In this document: positions 1 to 10,746 of the stretch, in pieces
Layout: every line of letters starts with the position of its first letter
Position numbering within the stretch: the first letter of the stretch is position 1
Source of the DNA: Patescibacteria group bacterium
GTDB taxonomy: Bacteria > Patescibacteriota > Patescibacteriia > Patescibacteriales > UBA12465
Direction of reading: 5' to 3'
Length of the DNA: 64,000 bases
NCBI GenBank assembly: GCA_041671365.1
Contig: JBAZBP010000004.1
Coordinates: 5,874 to 69,873 of the forward strand
Notes under the pieces: generated by a model
The model's input: only the letters and a program-made list of their open reading frames with translations
What the model was told of the DNA's origin: nothing
Database searches by the model: none
Made by a program: the position numbers and the translations under genes

Positions 1-323
1 TATTGCCAAAAAATTTGGGCTTAATCGCTAAAAAAAATATCGACCTGAATGACTGTCTGGTAGTTATTCACGATGATCTGGATTTAAATTTTGGTGATTA
101 CAAAATAGCGACCGCTTCCGGCAGTGCCGGCCAACGCGGCGTTCAATCAATCATCGACCGTCTTAAAACCAAAAAATTTACTCGTTTACGACTGGGAATA
201 AAAAACGAACTGCTGCGAGTCCATATTCCGCCGGAAAAATTTGTTCTGGCTCCGTTCAGTAGCGAAGAACGGAAAAAATTAATCAGTTTACTAAGCAGCT
301 TAAATATAAAAAATCTAAAATAA
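1..323 (+). CDS. pth: Peptidyl-tRNA hydrolase, C-terminal part (5' end outside window)
   Basis: ORF 3..323 is open to the window edge. Pth-like C-terminal segments are present: VVIHDDLDL-FG, GSAGQRGVQSI (resembles the GHNGLKSI segment), RLRLGI and FVLAPFS. Confidence 0.75.
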   Translation, partial: LPKNLGLIAKKNIDLNDCLVVIHDDLDLNFGDYKIATASGSAGQRGVQSIIDRLKTKKFTRLRLGIKNELLRVHIPPEKFVLAPFSSEERKKLISLLSSLNIKNLK

Positions 324-327
324 ACAT

Positions 328-363
328 AAAATCCCTCTAAAAAATTTAGAGGGATTTTATTTT
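328..363 (+). terminator. Intrinsic terminator after pth
   Basis: Hairpin AAATCCCTCTAAA / TTTAGAGGGATTT followed by a T-run, immediately after the pth stop. Confidence 0.7.
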
Positions 364-373
364 ATGTAATTTT

Positions 374-1513
374 ATGTCTACTAATGAAAAAAATCGCCAA
401 TACCATGTCGGCTTTAGCTATTTTAACAAAATTGGTCCGATGAATTTACAAAAATTAGAAAATTATTTTCCGAATTTACTTGAAGCCTTTAAAGGAAGCT
501 CGTCTGATCTGGCGCAAGCCGGACTCCATCCTAATATAATCAGTGAATTCATCAATTGGCGACAATCTTTTGATTTAGAAAATATCCTCGATAAATTAAT
601 AAAAAAACAGATTAATTTTGTTACGTGGCACGATCAAGCCTACCCCGCAATACTTAAAGAAATTCCGGCGCCACCGCCAATTTTATACTTTAAAGGAAAT
701 CTCGGCGGAGAGGAAAGAAATCGTTTAGCCGTTGTCGGTTCCCGAGAACACAGCGCTTATGCTGAAAAAGTTATCGCTGAATTACTACCAACAATCATTA
801 AAGAAAAGATAGAAATCGTCAGCGGCCTGGCTTTAGGGGTCGATTCTTTGGCTCATCAGGCAACTCTAAATAATCAAGGAATAACACTAGCAATTTTAGG
901 ATCGGGCCTGGACTCAAATTATATTTACCCTCGCAGCAACTATCGTTTGGCGGAAAACATCATCAGCTCCGGGGGCGCTCTGATTTCTGAATTTCCTCCG
1001 ATAACACCGCCTTACAAACAAAATTTTCCGCAGCGCAATCGTATTATTTCCGGTTTAGCACAAGCCACTTTAGTTATTGAAGCCAAGGCTAAATCCGGCT
1101 CTCTGATCACGGCTAATTATGCTCTGGAGCAAAATCGCGAAGTGGCCGCCATTCCGGGAAGCATCTTTTCTGAATTCTCTATCGGACCTAATAATTTAAT
1201 TGCCGCCGGGGCAAAAACTGTCACCAATCCCAAAGATGTTTTAGAAATTTTTAAAATTAAAATACTAAATAACAAAACTCCTCTAAATAGTCAAAAAATA
1301 ATAAAAAAACACCTAGAATACCAAGCAGAAAACAAAATCGAAGCTCTGGTTTATGACTTTCTTCAAGAAGCTGAAAGACGCACAGAAAAAATTACCGCCG
1401 ACGAAATCATTAAAAAATCCAAACTTGACACGGCAATAATAAATAGTACACTAAGTATATTGGAAATTAAAGGGGTTGCTAAAAACGATGAATCCGGTTA
1501 TTATTTAAATTAA
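374..1513 (+). CDS. dprA: DNA processing protein DprA (Smf)
   Basis: 379-aa ORF with the DprA Rossmann-like core (VVGSREHS, SGLALGVDSLAH, PQRNRIISGL, VIEAKAKSGSLITA) and a C-terminal winged-helix-like tail. Confidence 0.85.
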   Translation: MSTNEKNRQYHVGFSYFNKIGPMNLQKLENYFPNLLEAFKGSSSDLAQAGLHPNIISEFINWRQSFDLENILDKLIKKQINFVTWHDQAYPAILKEIPAPPPILYFKGNLGGEERNRLAVVGSREHSAYAEKVIAELLPTIIKEKIEIVSGLALGVDSLAHQATLNNQGITLAILGSGLDSNYIYPRSNYRLAENIISSGGALISEFPPITPPYKQNFPQRNRIISGLAQATLVIEAKAKSGSLITANYALEQNREVAAIPGSIFSEFSIGPNNLIAAGAKTVTNPKDVLEIFKIKILNNKTPLNSQKIIKKHLEYQAENKIEALVYDFLQEAERRTEKITADEIIKKSKLDTAIINSTLSILEIKGVAKNDESGYYLN

Positions 1514-1524
1514 ATTATTTTTTT

Positions 1525-3756
1525 ATGAATTTAATTATTGTTGAATCGCCTACCAAAGCAAAAACCATCAGCAAATTTCTAGATAAAAAATATCAGGTGG
1601 AATCATCCTTCGGTCATATTCGCGATCTGCCTAAAAGTGAGATGGGAATTGATATTGCTAATGGTTTTACTCCAAAATATATCATCCCAACTAAAGCCAA
1701 AAAAACTGTTTCTGTTTTAAAGACAGCAGCCAAAAAAGCGGAGGAAATAATCCTCGCTTCCGACGAAGATCGCGAAGGAGAGGCAATTGCCTGGCATCTG
1801 GCTCAAGCTTTAAATCTTGATGAAACAAAAACTAAAAGAATTGTTTTCCACGAAATTACCAAGAATGCTATTTTAGAGGCTTTAAAAAAACCACGACAAA
1901 TTGACCATAATATGGTAGACGCCCAGCAAGCGCGTCGTATTTTAGATCGCTTAGTCGGTTACGAGTTGTCTCCGTTTTTATGGAAAAAAGTAGCCAGAGG
2001 ACTATCGGCCGGTCGAGTACAAAGCGTGGCCACCAAATTAATCGTCGAAAGAGAACGAGAAATTCAAGAATTCCAAGTAGAAGAATACTGGAGCCTGTCG
2101 GCAGATTTTACCGGCGACAAAACAGTTGATAAATTTACAGCTGATTTATATAAAATTAATAACAAAACTTTTAATAAATTAACGATAAAAAAAACCGAGG
2201 CTGAAGAATTAAAAACCAAACTAATCCAGGCCGAATATCATCTGGATAAAATTGAAAAAAAACAAATAACTAAAAATTCGGCCGCACCCTTCACTACCTC
2301 GACCTTACAGCAATCTGCTAATCGTCATTTAGGATTCAGCGCTAAACAAACCATGGCTGTCGCTCAAAAATTGTATGAACAAGGATACATCACCTACATG
2401 CGCACCGATTCATTAAACCTTTCTCCTAAATTTATCTCGGAAACACAAATTTGGCTAAAAGAAAATTTGGGAACAGAATATGTAGTGCCGGCCGGTAGAA
2501 TTTTTAAAAATAAAAGTAAAAATGCGCAAGAAGCACATGAGGCGGTCCGACCGAGCGAAGTAAACACTACGCCGGAAATGCTAATCGATAAATTAGATAA
2601 AAGCCAGGAACGCTTGTATCGTTTAATCTGGCAAAGAGCGGTGGCCAGTCAGATGCCAGCCGCCAAATTAGCAGCGACCACAATTGACATTAAAGCCTTA
2701 GTTAACAAAGAGACTTATATTTTTCGCGCTAACGGTCAAATCTTAATTTTTCCCGGCTACTTAAAGGTTTGGCCGGAGAAAACCAAGGAACAGGAACTAC
2801 CGACTTTAACGGAAAAACAATTATTAATTTTATTAGATCTACGAACCAGTCAACACTCTACAAATCCGCCGGCGCGCTACTCGGACGCCAGCCTAGTTAA
2901 AGAGTTGGAAAAACATAGTATTGGCCGTCCTTCAACCTACGCCCCCACCATTAATACTATTATTGTACGTAACTATGTAGAGCGTGATGAAAATAAAAAA
3001 TTAAAACCGACGACCATTGCCTTTGTTGTCGTCGATCTATTAATTAAACATTTCCCTAAAATAGTTGATTATGAATTCACTGCCAAAATGGAGGATGATT
3101 TAGACGCAATTGCCGAAGGAGAAAAAAAATGGCAACCGGTCATCGATGACTTCTATCAAGGGTTTCATGCCAATTTGCAAACTAAATACGAAGAAATTAA
3201 TAAAAATGACATTATGCCTGAAGAAAAATCTAACGAAATTTGTGATAAGTGCGGGGCGCTAATGATAGTAAAAACTGGACGCTACGGGAAATTCTTAGCC
3301 TGCAGCGCTTTTCCTGATTGTCGCAACATTAAAAAGGTAGCCGGTGAAAGCGGATCTTACACTAAAAAAGAACCTGATGCCAAAACTTTAGAATTAGAAA
3401 AAAAATATTCCGGTGAGGTCTGTGATAAGTGCGGGTCACCAATGAAAATCCGAGTTGGTAAATATGGACCGTTTCTAGCTTGTTCGGCTTATCCAAAATG
3501 TAAAAATATAAAAAATATCGCCGAAGCGAATACGAGCGGAAAAGAAATTGCTTGCCCGCTTTGCGGCGACGGCAAAATTGTAAAAAAATTCAGTAAACGC
3601 GGAGCTTTTTACGCCTGTAATAACTATCCAAAATGCAAAAATGCTTATTGGGGCGAGCCGACCGGTGAAAAATGTCCGGATTGTAACGCTCTTTTGATAA
3701 CCGACAAAACCGGAGAAATAAAATGCAGCAGCAAGGGTTGCGGATACCAAAAATAA
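1525..3756 (+). CDS. topA: DNA topoisomerase I
   Basis: 743-aa ORF. Toprim N-terminus (LIIVESPTKAKTI, ASDEDREGEAIAWH), catalytic Tyr context YITYMRTDS, and four C-terminal CxxC...CxxC zinc ribbons. Confidence 0.95.
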   Translation: MNLIIVESPTKAKTISKFLDKKYQVESSFGHIRDLPKSEMGIDIANGFTPKYIIPTKAKKTVSVLKTAAKKAEEIILASDEDREGEAIAWHLAQALNLDETKTKRIVFHEITKNAILEALKKPRQIDHNMVDAQQARRILDRLVGYELSPFLWKKVARGLSAGRVQSVATKLIVEREREIQEFQVEEYWSLSADFTGDKTVDKFTADLYKINNKTFNKLTIKKTEAEELKTKLIQAEYHLDKIEKKQITKNSAAPFTTSTLQQSANRHLGFSAKQTMAVAQKLYEQGYITYMRTDSLNLSPKFISETQIWLKENLGTEYVVPAGRIFKNKSKNAQEAHEAVRPSEVNTTPEMLIDKLDKSQERLYRLIWQRAVASQMPAAKLAATTIDIKALVNKETYIFRANGQILIFPGYLKVWPEKTKEQELPTLTEKQLLILLDLRTSQHSTNPPARYSDASLVKELEKHSIGRPSTYAPTINTIIVRNYVERDENKKLKPTTIAFVVVDLLIKHFPKIVDYEFTAKMEDDLDAIAEGEKKWQPVIDDFYQGFHANLQTKYEEINKNDIMPEEKSNEICDKCGALMIVKTGRYGKFLACSAFPDCRNIKKVAGESGSYTKKEPDAKTLELEKKYSGEVCDKCGSPMKIRVGKYGPFLACSAYPKCKNIKNIAEANTSGKEIACPLCGDGKIVKKFSKRGAFYACNNYPKCKNAYWGEPTGEKCPDCNALLITDKTGEIKCSSKGCGYQK

Positions 3757-3776
3757 ATTTGTCAGACAACAATAAT

Positions 3777-3807
3777 AAAAAACAGACCAATAGCGGTCTG
3801 TTTTTTT
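3777..3807. terminator. Bidirectional terminator between topA and the convergent small gene
   Basis: Hairpin AAAAACAGACC / GGTCTGTTTTT flanked by A-run and T-run, located between two convergent stops. Confidence 0.7.
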
Positions 3808-3824
3808 ATTATCAAGCAATTAAA

Positions 3825-4127
3825 CTATTTTTTTTTATTAACCGTTTTAGATTTTCTTTGTTCGCGCTTTTCCTCCACAAACGCTAAAGCTTTTTTAGCT
3901 ATTTCCCCCAAGATCATAAAGTAAGCAGCACTATTCTTCAGTTTACCGCGAGCAAGATCAATAACTTCTTCCGCTTTAGTTACTCCAACCTCCACTCGTT
4001 TGATTAATTTATGAATTTTCTGAATACTGGCCACAAAATAATAAATAGCCCAACAAATAAAAAAAGTTAAAACTATTAAGCAAACGGATAATATTAAATT
4101 CAAAACATCATAAGAAGTGGAAAACAT
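3825..4127 (-). CDS. Small membrane-anchored protein of unknown function
   Basis: 100-aa ORF with one N-terminal TM helix, then a charged helical region and a K-rich tail. Last gene of the valS-pheST minus-strand string. No family assigned. Confidence 0.5.
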   Translation of the reverse strand: MFSTSYDVLNLILSVCLIVLTFFICWAIYYFVASIQKIHKLIKRVEVGVTKAEEVIDLARGKLKNSAAYFMILGEIAKKALAFVEEKREQRKSKTVNKKK

Positions 4128-4145
4128 ATAATTTTATTTTAAATA

Positions 4146-6575
4146 TTAAAAATCTCTTAATTTGGCGGAAAATTTCTTAGCCAAGTGTTCAATTAACCCC
4201 TGCTGGATTATGTCAACCTCAGCCGCAACTAAAGTTTGCTTTTCCGATCGATAAGTTAAATGAAAAGCTAAGCTCTTTTGATTATTGGCTAATTTATTTC
4301 CATTATAAACATCGAAGAGTTCAGCCTCAACAATTAACGGATTAAACTTTACAATTTCCTGTCTTAAATCATTATATAATATTTCCGGCGCAACTACAAA
4401 AGACAGGTCTCTCACAACCGGCGGATATTTTGGCACTTCTTGAAAACAATTAGTCGGCAAACTAATAATTATATCAGCCAGATCTTTGAAATTAATTTCC
4501 GCCAGAACCACCGATTTTTTAAGATTAAAATTTAAGGCGATATCCGATCTAATTGCAGCGACTAAACCAATTTCTTTACCAAAAAGACTAATACTGGCTA
4601 CGGAATTTTTATCGGCCCAACCCGGAACTCTTTCTAAAACTGAAAATTCTGCAATAGCCTTATAGTTTATTAAGTTTTTAAATAAGCTGCCAATTATTCC
4701 CTTAAGACGATCAAATAAGCCATCCTCGCCTGCCAGGATCAACCCTAAGTGTTTTTCCTGATAAGGCAAGGTCTCGGCGGCGTTTAAATCTTTCGATAAA
4801 TTTCCCGGAGCCTTAAAAAAAACACTACCAATTTCTACAAAACCAAAAGTCTCTCTTTTGAATTGATTGGATTTAATATTAACAATTAAACCCGGCGCCA
4901 AAGATTGGCGCAACAACGTCTGAGCGTCCGACAAAGGGTTGACTAATTTTAAATATTGAGAAAAATCAATGTTTAGTTTTTTTAACTGCTCCTCGCCCAC
5001 AAATGAATAATTATAAACTTCATTTAAGGCATGCTCCAAGGTTAAAATATTTTTAACTTTTCTTTCCAACAATCTTTCTTGATTGACTTCCGGTAAATTT
5101 ACCGCCAGAATCGGTAGTTGCGAAACAATTTTTTCATAACCATAAAGACGTAATATTTCTTCCGCTAAATCTTCTTTAATGCTTATATCCTTGGTCGCTC
5201 TCCAAATAGGCACAGCTACTCCCAGGGAATCTATATTTTCATGAACTATCGTAAAACCTAATTTTTTTAAACTAATAATAATAAAGTCCCGAGGAATTTC
5301 TTGTCCTATTTTCGCAGTTAGCCAGGCCAAATTTAATTCAATAATTATTACCGGTTTCTCTTCTGAATGATAATCAACCAAGGAGCTAGCAATCTTCATT
5401 TGCGGACAAATATCTCTCAAAAGAGTTAAAAATCTTTTTAACGCAACTTCCGGCAACCGAACATCTAAGGATTTTTCAAAACGCACCGATGCTTCTGTCC
5501 TTAAACCCAAGCTCTGGGAGGTTTTTCTAATACTCGTGGCGGAAAAATTGGCTGACTCTAAAATTATAGATTTAGTTTCTGATTTAATTTCACTCTTTTT
5601 TCCTCCCATAACGCCGGCAATAGCGATAATATCCGGTCCATTAGTAATTACTAAATCATTAACATTCAACATCCGCTCTTTCTCATCCAATGTTTCTACG
5701 GACTCATGGTTTAAAGCGCGACGAACAATAATTTTTTCTACGTTGGCGGCATCAAAAGCGTGTAACGGCTGCCCGCAATCCAGCATAATATAATTAGTCA
5801 AATCTACAATATTGTTAAGCGGCCGCTGGTTAACAGCGATTAGCCTATTCTTAAGCCAATCCGGCGATTCTTTAATTTCAATATTATCAATTTTAATCGC
5901 CAAATATCGAGCACACTGCTCTTTCGCCTCGATGCGCACCTCTAATTTATTTTCTTTATCCGGAACAAAATCATGTTCTTGATCAAAAAATTTATCATAA
6001 CTTTTTAAAGACAAGTCGAAAATCGCCGAAGCCTCCCGAGCTAAACCATAATGATTTAACAAGTCCGGTCGATTAGACAGAGATTTATTATCTACTTCTA
6101 AAATTGTGTCGTCTACTTGTAAATATTTAGCAAACGATTCTCCCACCTTAGCGTTATCTTTTAAAACTAAAATCCCTTCATGATTTTTGCCTAAACCCAA
6201 TTCATCTTCGGCACAAATCATTCCGCTTGATTTTTCTCCGCGAATTAATGATTCTTTAATTTCTAAACCATTCGGTAGTTTAGCGCCGACAAGAGATACC
6301 GGAACTAATTGGCCGACCGCCAAATTAGGGGCGCCACAAACAATTTTTAATTTGGTTTTTTTAATATCTATCGTCGCCAGACGCAAACGATCGGCGTTGG
6401 GGTGTTTGCTTACTTCTAAAACACGCCCAACAACAACCTTATCAAATTGTTCTGCTTGACTGACTAAATTTTCAACTTCAACCGTATGACCGGTCAATCC
6501 GTCCGCGATATCTGAAGGTTTAATTTTGGCCGGTATTTTGACATAATCTTTCAGCCAATTAAAAGAAATATACAT
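4146..6575 (-). CDS. pheT: Phenylalanine--tRNA ligase beta subunit
   Basis: 809-aa ORF with an N-terminal tRNA-binding OB domain (VVGRVLEVSKHPNADRL), B3/4 and B5 regions and a C-terminal FDX-ACB-like domain. Directly downstream of pheS. Confidence 0.93.
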   Translation of the reverse strand: MYISFNWLKDYVKIPAKIKPSDIADGLTGHTVEVENLVSQAEQFDKVVVGRVLEVSKHPNADRLRLATIDIKKTKLKIVCGAPNLAVGQLVPVSLVGAKLPNGLEIKESLIRGEKSSGMICAEDELGLGKNHEGILVLKDNAKVGESFAKYLQVDDTILEVDNKSLSNRPDLLNHYGLAREASAIFDLSLKSYDKFFDQEHDFVPDKENKLEVRIEAKEQCARYLAIKIDNIEIKESPDWLKNRLIAVNQRPLNNIVDLTNYIMLDCGQPLHAFDAANVEKIIVRRALNHESVETLDEKERMLNVNDLVITNGPDIIAIAGVMGGKKSEIKSETKSIILESANFSATSIRKTSQSLGLRTEASVRFEKSLDVRLPEVALKRFLTLLRDICPQMKIASSLVDYHSEEKPVIIIELNLAWLTAKIGQEIPRDFIIISLKKLGFTIVHENIDSLGVAVPIWRATKDISIKEDLAEEILRLYGYEKIVSQLPILAVNLPEVNQERLLERKVKNILTLEHALNEVYNYSFVGEEQLKKLNIDFSQYLKLVNPLSDAQTLLRQSLAPGLIVNIKSNQFKRETFGFVEIGSVFFKAPGNLSKDLNAAETLPYQEKHLGLILAGEDGLFDRLKGIIGSLFKNLINYKAIAEFSVLERVPGWADKNSVASISLFGKEIGLVAAIRSDIALNFNLKKSVVLAEINFKDLADIIISLPTNCFQEVPKYPPVVRDLSFVVAPEILYNDLRQEIVKFNPLIVEAELFDVYNGNKLANNQKSLAFHLTYRSEKQTLVAAEVDIIQQGLIEHLAKKFSAKLRDF

Positions 6576-6579
6576 ATAA

Positions 6580-7608
6580 TTAAAATTGTTCTAAAAAATT
6601 AAGATCCCCGCCATTAAATAAACGAACATCTCCAATATTATACTTAAGCATCGCCAAACGATTTAAACCAAAACCGAAAGCTAACCCGGAATAAATTTCC
6701 GGGTCAAGGCCACCGGCACGCAAAACTTCCGGATGGACTAACCCGGCGCCGACGATTTCCAGCCAGCCGCTGTACTTACAAACCCGACAACCGCGACCGG
6801 CACACAAAAAACAAGTATATTCTCCATTATTGCCCGGCTCAACAAAAGGAAAAAATTTTGGACGCATTCTTAATTTAGTATTGGGCCCGAATAATCTTTG
6901 ACCAACGATTTCCAAGAAACTTTTTAAGTGGGCAAAATTAATATTTTTATCAATCAACAATCCTTCGACTTGATAAAAAGTATGATCATGCCGGGCGTCG
7001 GTCGCTTCGCTTCTAAAAACCCGCCCCGGAACAAGAACTTTCAATGGCGCCCCGTATTTTTGCATTGCCCGAATTTGCACCGGAGAAGTTTGCGTCCGCA
7101 TCAATAAATCATATTCTCCATTTTTATTCGGATAATCAACATAAAAAGTGTCTTGCATATCGCGCGCCGGATGGCTGGGCGGAACATTTAGAGCAGTAAA
7201 GTTAAAATAATCGCTTTCCAGTTCCGGTCCATCCAAAATCATAAAACCCATCGATATAAACAGATCCTCTAATTCGTTTTGCACCAAAGTAATCGGATTA
7301 AGATGGCCTTGAGGAAAATTAAATCCCGGTAAAGTAACGTCAATATCCGCTTCTTTCTTCTGAAAAGTATCTATGCTTTTTTTTGCTTCACTAAATTTAT
7401 GCTGTAACTCAATTTTAAGATTATTGGCCAATTCACCAATTTCCTGACGTAAATCCGCACTTAAGTCTTTTAGGCTATGCATGACTTCACTTAACTCTCC
7501 TTTGCGCGCTAAAAATCTAATTTCCAATTGACGGAGATGATCCTCGTTTTTAACTTGCGCTAATTGTTGTAAAAATTCGGCGCGTAATTTTTGTAATTTG
7601 TCTTTCAT
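6580..7608 (-). CDS. pheS: Phenylalanine--tRNA ligase alpha subunit
   Basis: 342-aa ORF with class II aaRS motifs (PGRVFRSEATDARHDHTFYQVEG, GLAFGFGLNRLAML) and a Cys-cluster insertion CFLCAGRGCRVC. Confidence 0.95.
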   Translation of the reverse strand: MKDKLQKLRAEFLQQLAQVKNEDHLRQLEIRFLARKGELSEVMHSLKDLSADLRQEIGELANNLKIELQHKFSEAKKSIDTFQKKEADIDVTLPGFNFPQGHLNPITLVQNELEDLFISMGFMILDGPELESDYFNFTALNVPPSHPARDMQDTFYVDYPNKNGEYDLLMRTQTSPVQIRAMQKYGAPLKVLVPGRVFRSEATDARHDHTFYQVEGLLIDKNINFAHLKSFLEIVGQRLFGPNTKLRMRPKFFPFVEPGNNGEYTCFLCAGRGCRVCKYSGWLEIVGAGLVHPEVLRAGGLDPEIYSGLAFGFGLNRLAMLKYNIGDVRLFNGGDLNFLEQF

Positions 7609-7612
7609 ATAG

Positions 7613-7993
7613 TTACCGGTTCTTTTTAAAACTAATCAAAACTAATTCTAAAATAGCAAAAATTATTACTAAAAGAGATAAATTTAACCAGTTGAATAAC
7701 TCTTGCGCTTGTAAAATTAAAATAATAATAACAAATAATGAAAATAAAAATGATTGACGAAAGGCCACTTTAACCGAATTAAATGCTAATTCTTTTTTTA
7801 GAGCCACGAAACGAATAAGAAAACCACTAAGCGCCGCCGTTCCAATTAAGGAAATAAAAAGAGCCAAATAAAACAGCAAGAATCCCAGCCAATTGGTGGC
7901 CAGCGGATCAACTAGGCTGGCGACAAACAAAAAAATACCCCAACAGACAAAACTTAGAATCGACATAACCCCCAGATAATTCTTTAAAGTCAT
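7613..7993 (-). CDS. Multi-pass membrane protein of unknown function
   Basis: 126-aa ORF with about four hydrophobic helices. Its ATG overlaps the valS TGA stop (ATGA), suggesting translational coupling. Confidence 0.55.
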   Translation of the reverse strand: MTLKNYLGVMSILSFVCWGIFLFVASLVDPLATNWLGFLLFYLALFISLIGTAALSGFLIRFVALKKELAFNSVKVAFRQSFLFSLFVIIILILQAQELFNWLNLSLLVIIFAILELVLISFKKNR

Positions 7994-10614
7994 AAACTTT
8001 TTAAGCTATTTTCTACCTTAAATAATTCTTTTTTATAGCTAGCTAATTTTTCTTTTTCGATATTAACTATGCTTTCCGGCGCCCGAACAATAAACTCTTT
8101 ATTTTGCAATTTTTTTTCTTGCAATCCAATGATTTTTTCTAAATTAGCTGTCTCCTTCTGCAAACGCTCTTTTTCTTTAACAACGTCTATCTCCCCGACT
8201 AGATAAATTTCTATTTCTCCAACAACAGCGGTTATTGCCTGTTCAACCTTCTCTCCACTTTCACATATTGTAACTTCCGACAAACCGGTTTTAAGATTTT
8301 TAATATTTTCTCTTTGACTCACCAATAGATCTAAATATTTATGACCATAAATAAAAGCTTTTAGTTTTTGGCTCGGCTCTATTTTGTTAACACTGCGAGC
8401 ATTTCTTATCGCTGTTACGACTTCTATTAAAACCTTAAAAGACCCAGATTCTTTATTTTCTTCGGAAGTGTTCTTTGGCCAAGCAGTTACCATTAACAAA
8501 TCGCTGCTTATACTCTGCCAAACGGTTTCAGTTACATAAGGAATAAAAGGGTGCCAAAGAATTAATAAATTTTTTAATAAATAAACCAATATTTCATCCT
8601 TATCTTTTTCTATTTTAGCAACTTCCAAATACCAATCCGCTAATTTACTCCAAGTAAATTCGCTTAGTTCGTCGGCGGCAAAAGAAAAATTTAAATCATC
8701 CAAATGTTTAGAGGCGCCAGCCACTAAATTGTTTAATTCTAAAAGAATCCACCGATCTGCTAGGGTTTTTGCTCTCGGACGAATGTTTAAATCTTGCTTT
8801 AAGGCACTTTCTGAAACCGATCCCAGAATATAACGAGATATATTCCAAAGCTTATTAATAAAATTACGTTTTATTTCCACCACTTCTTCATTATACCTAG
8901 AGTCATTACCGGGAGTCGAACCCATTAGCAGCGACAAACGTAAAGCGTCGGCGCCATATTTATCAATAATATCTAAAGGATCAACGCCATTACCCTTTGA
9001 TTTAGACATTTTTTTACCATTTTTATCTAAAACAGTGCCGTGTAGATATACTTTTTCAAAAGGAATCTCCTGAAGAGCAAAGAAAGACATCATAATCATT
9101 CTCGATACCCATAAAGTCAAAATGTCATAACCGGTTTCTATTACTTGCGTAGGGTGAAACCTGGATAGATCACCGCTTTTAATATTATTTTTATAATTAT
9201 CCGGCCAACCCAGCGTAGAAAACGTCCACATACCCGACGAAAACCAAGTGTCTAGCGTATCCTGATCATGTGTCCATCCGTCTCCCTCGGGAGTTTTTTC
9301 TCCGACATAAATTTCTTCTCCTTTGTACCAAACCGGAATTTCATGGCCATACCAAATCTGACGAGAAATACACCAATCGTGTAAATTAAACATCCAATCT
9401 TTAAAATTTTTACTAAATCTCTCCGGAAAAAATTGAATATCTTTTTTTTCAGCCGCCTCTAACGCTTTTTCTTTTAACGACTTTCCGCCCAGACGATCTA
9501 ATTTTTTATCAACACTTATAAACCATTGCTTAGAGGGAAGAGGCTCAATCGGAGTATCGCAGCGATAACAAACCGACAGGTTATTTATAATTTCTTCTTC
9601 TTTTTCCAATAAATTCTCCTTGATTAAAAAATTTACAATCATCTCGCGCGCTTCTTCAATTTTCAAACCTGAATAAGCGCCGAAGTCGTTTCTAATTAAA
9701 GCATCTTCATTAACAACTTTAATAATGGGCAGGTCATTAGCTTGCGCCATCTGCCAATCAATCATGGAATGTGCCGGCGTAACTCCCAACGCTCCAGTTC
9801 CAAACTCAGGTTCAACATTATAGTCGCTAATAATTTTAATTTTTAGTTTTTGGCCGCAAAAATCAACTTCATACTCTTGGCCGATATATTTTTTATAACG
9901 CTCATCCTTAGAATTAACAGCCACGGCCACGTCTCCCAACTTCGTTTCTGGACGAGTCGTTGAAATGGCTATGGGAAAATTTTGATCATATTTAAAGGTG
10001 TATAATTTGGCTTTTTGTTCTCGATGTTCTACCTCATCATCGGCCAGGGTAGAGTGGCATTTTGGGCACCAATTTACGATTCTTTCTCCGCGATAAATAA
10101 CTCCTTCGCGATACATGTCTAAAAACATAGTCTTTACCGCCCTTTTGCGCTCTTCATCCAGAGTAAAGGTAAGTCGGGACCAGTCCAAAGACGAGCCCAT
10201 TTTTTTGGTTTGGAGCAAAATCGTTGCCTGAGTTTCGTTAACAAACTTCCAAACTTCTTCTAAAAATTTCTCTCTTCCTAAATCATGACGAGTTTTTCCG
10301 CTGGTCATTAAAATTTTTTTTTCTACCACGTTTTGAGTCGCAATAGCGGCGTGATCGGTGCCCGGCAACCACAAAGTTCTTTCTCCTAGCATCCGATGAT
10401 ACCTGATTAATAAATCCTCAATCGCCAGCATGGCACTATGACCAATATGAAGCTTGGCTGTGATATTCGGGGGAGGGAGGACAATCGTATAATCTTTTGC
10501 GCTTTTTGGCAAATTTAAATTATCAGGGTTAAAAAGGCCTGATCTTTCCCATTTTTCATAAATTTTATCTTCATTTTCATTAGGACTATAAATTTTTTCT
10601 AATTCTTGTTTCAT
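7990..10614 (-). CDS. valS: Valine--tRNA ligase
   Basis: 874-aa ORF with class I motifs LHIGHS (HIGH) and KMSKSKGN (KMSKS), an editing-domain insertion and a C-terminal coiled coil. Confidence 0.95.
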   Translation of the reverse strand: MKQELEKIYSPNENEDKIYEKWERSGLFNPDNLNLPKSAKDYTIVLPPPNITAKLHIGHSAMLAIEDLLIRYHRMLGERTLWLPGTDHAAIATQNVVEKKILMTSGKTRHDLGREKFLEEVWKFVNETQATILLQTKKMGSSLDWSRLTFTLDEERKRAVKTMFLDMYREGVIYRGERIVNWCPKCHSTLADDEVEHREQKAKLYTFKYDQNFPIAISTTRPETKLGDVAVAVNSKDERYKKYIGQEYEVDFCGQKLKIKIISDYNVEPEFGTGALGVTPAHSMIDWQMAQANDLPIIKVVNEDALIRNDFGAYSGLKIEEAREMIVNFLIKENLLEKEEEIINNLSVCYRCDTPIEPLPSKQWFISVDKKLDRLGGKSLKEKALEAAEKKDIQFFPERFSKNFKDWMFNLHDWCISRQIWYGHEIPVWYKGEEIYVGEKTPEGDGWTHDQDTLDTWFSSGMWTFSTLGWPDNYKNNIKSGDLSRFHPTQVIETGYDILTLWVSRMIMMSFFALQEIPFEKVYLHGTVLDKNGKKMSKSKGNGVDPLDIIDKYGADALRLSLLMGSTPGNDSRYNEEVVEIKRNFINKLWNISRYILGSVSESALKQDLNIRPRAKTLADRWILLELNNLVAGASKHLDDLNFSFAADELSEFTWSKLADWYLEVAKIEKDKDEILVYLLKNLLILWHPFIPYVTETVWQSISSDLLMVTAWPKNTSEENKESGSFKVLIEVVTAIRNARSVNKIEPSQKLKAFIYGHKYLDLLVSQRENIKNLKTGLSEVTICESGEKVEQAITAVVGEIEIYLVGEIDVVKEKERLQKETANLEKIIGLQEKKLQNKEFIVRAPESIVNIEKEKLASYKKELFKVENSLKSL

Positions 10615-10746
10615 GATTTAAAATTACCAAAAAACAGCCCTTAAGTCAACTAAAATAAAAGAGAAATTAGCTTGACTTTAGCTCCTAATAATTATATATT
10701 TAAGGGTTGAGTTAATAAAAATCAGAACAATTCCTAAAATTAATTA

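Noticed and set aside
7990-7993. Possibility of an alternative genetic code (UGA recoded, as in some CPR lineages).
   Set aside because: valS terminates at a TGA that forms an ATGA overlap with the next gene. All conserved proteins translate full-length with code 11 and have no in-frame TGA.
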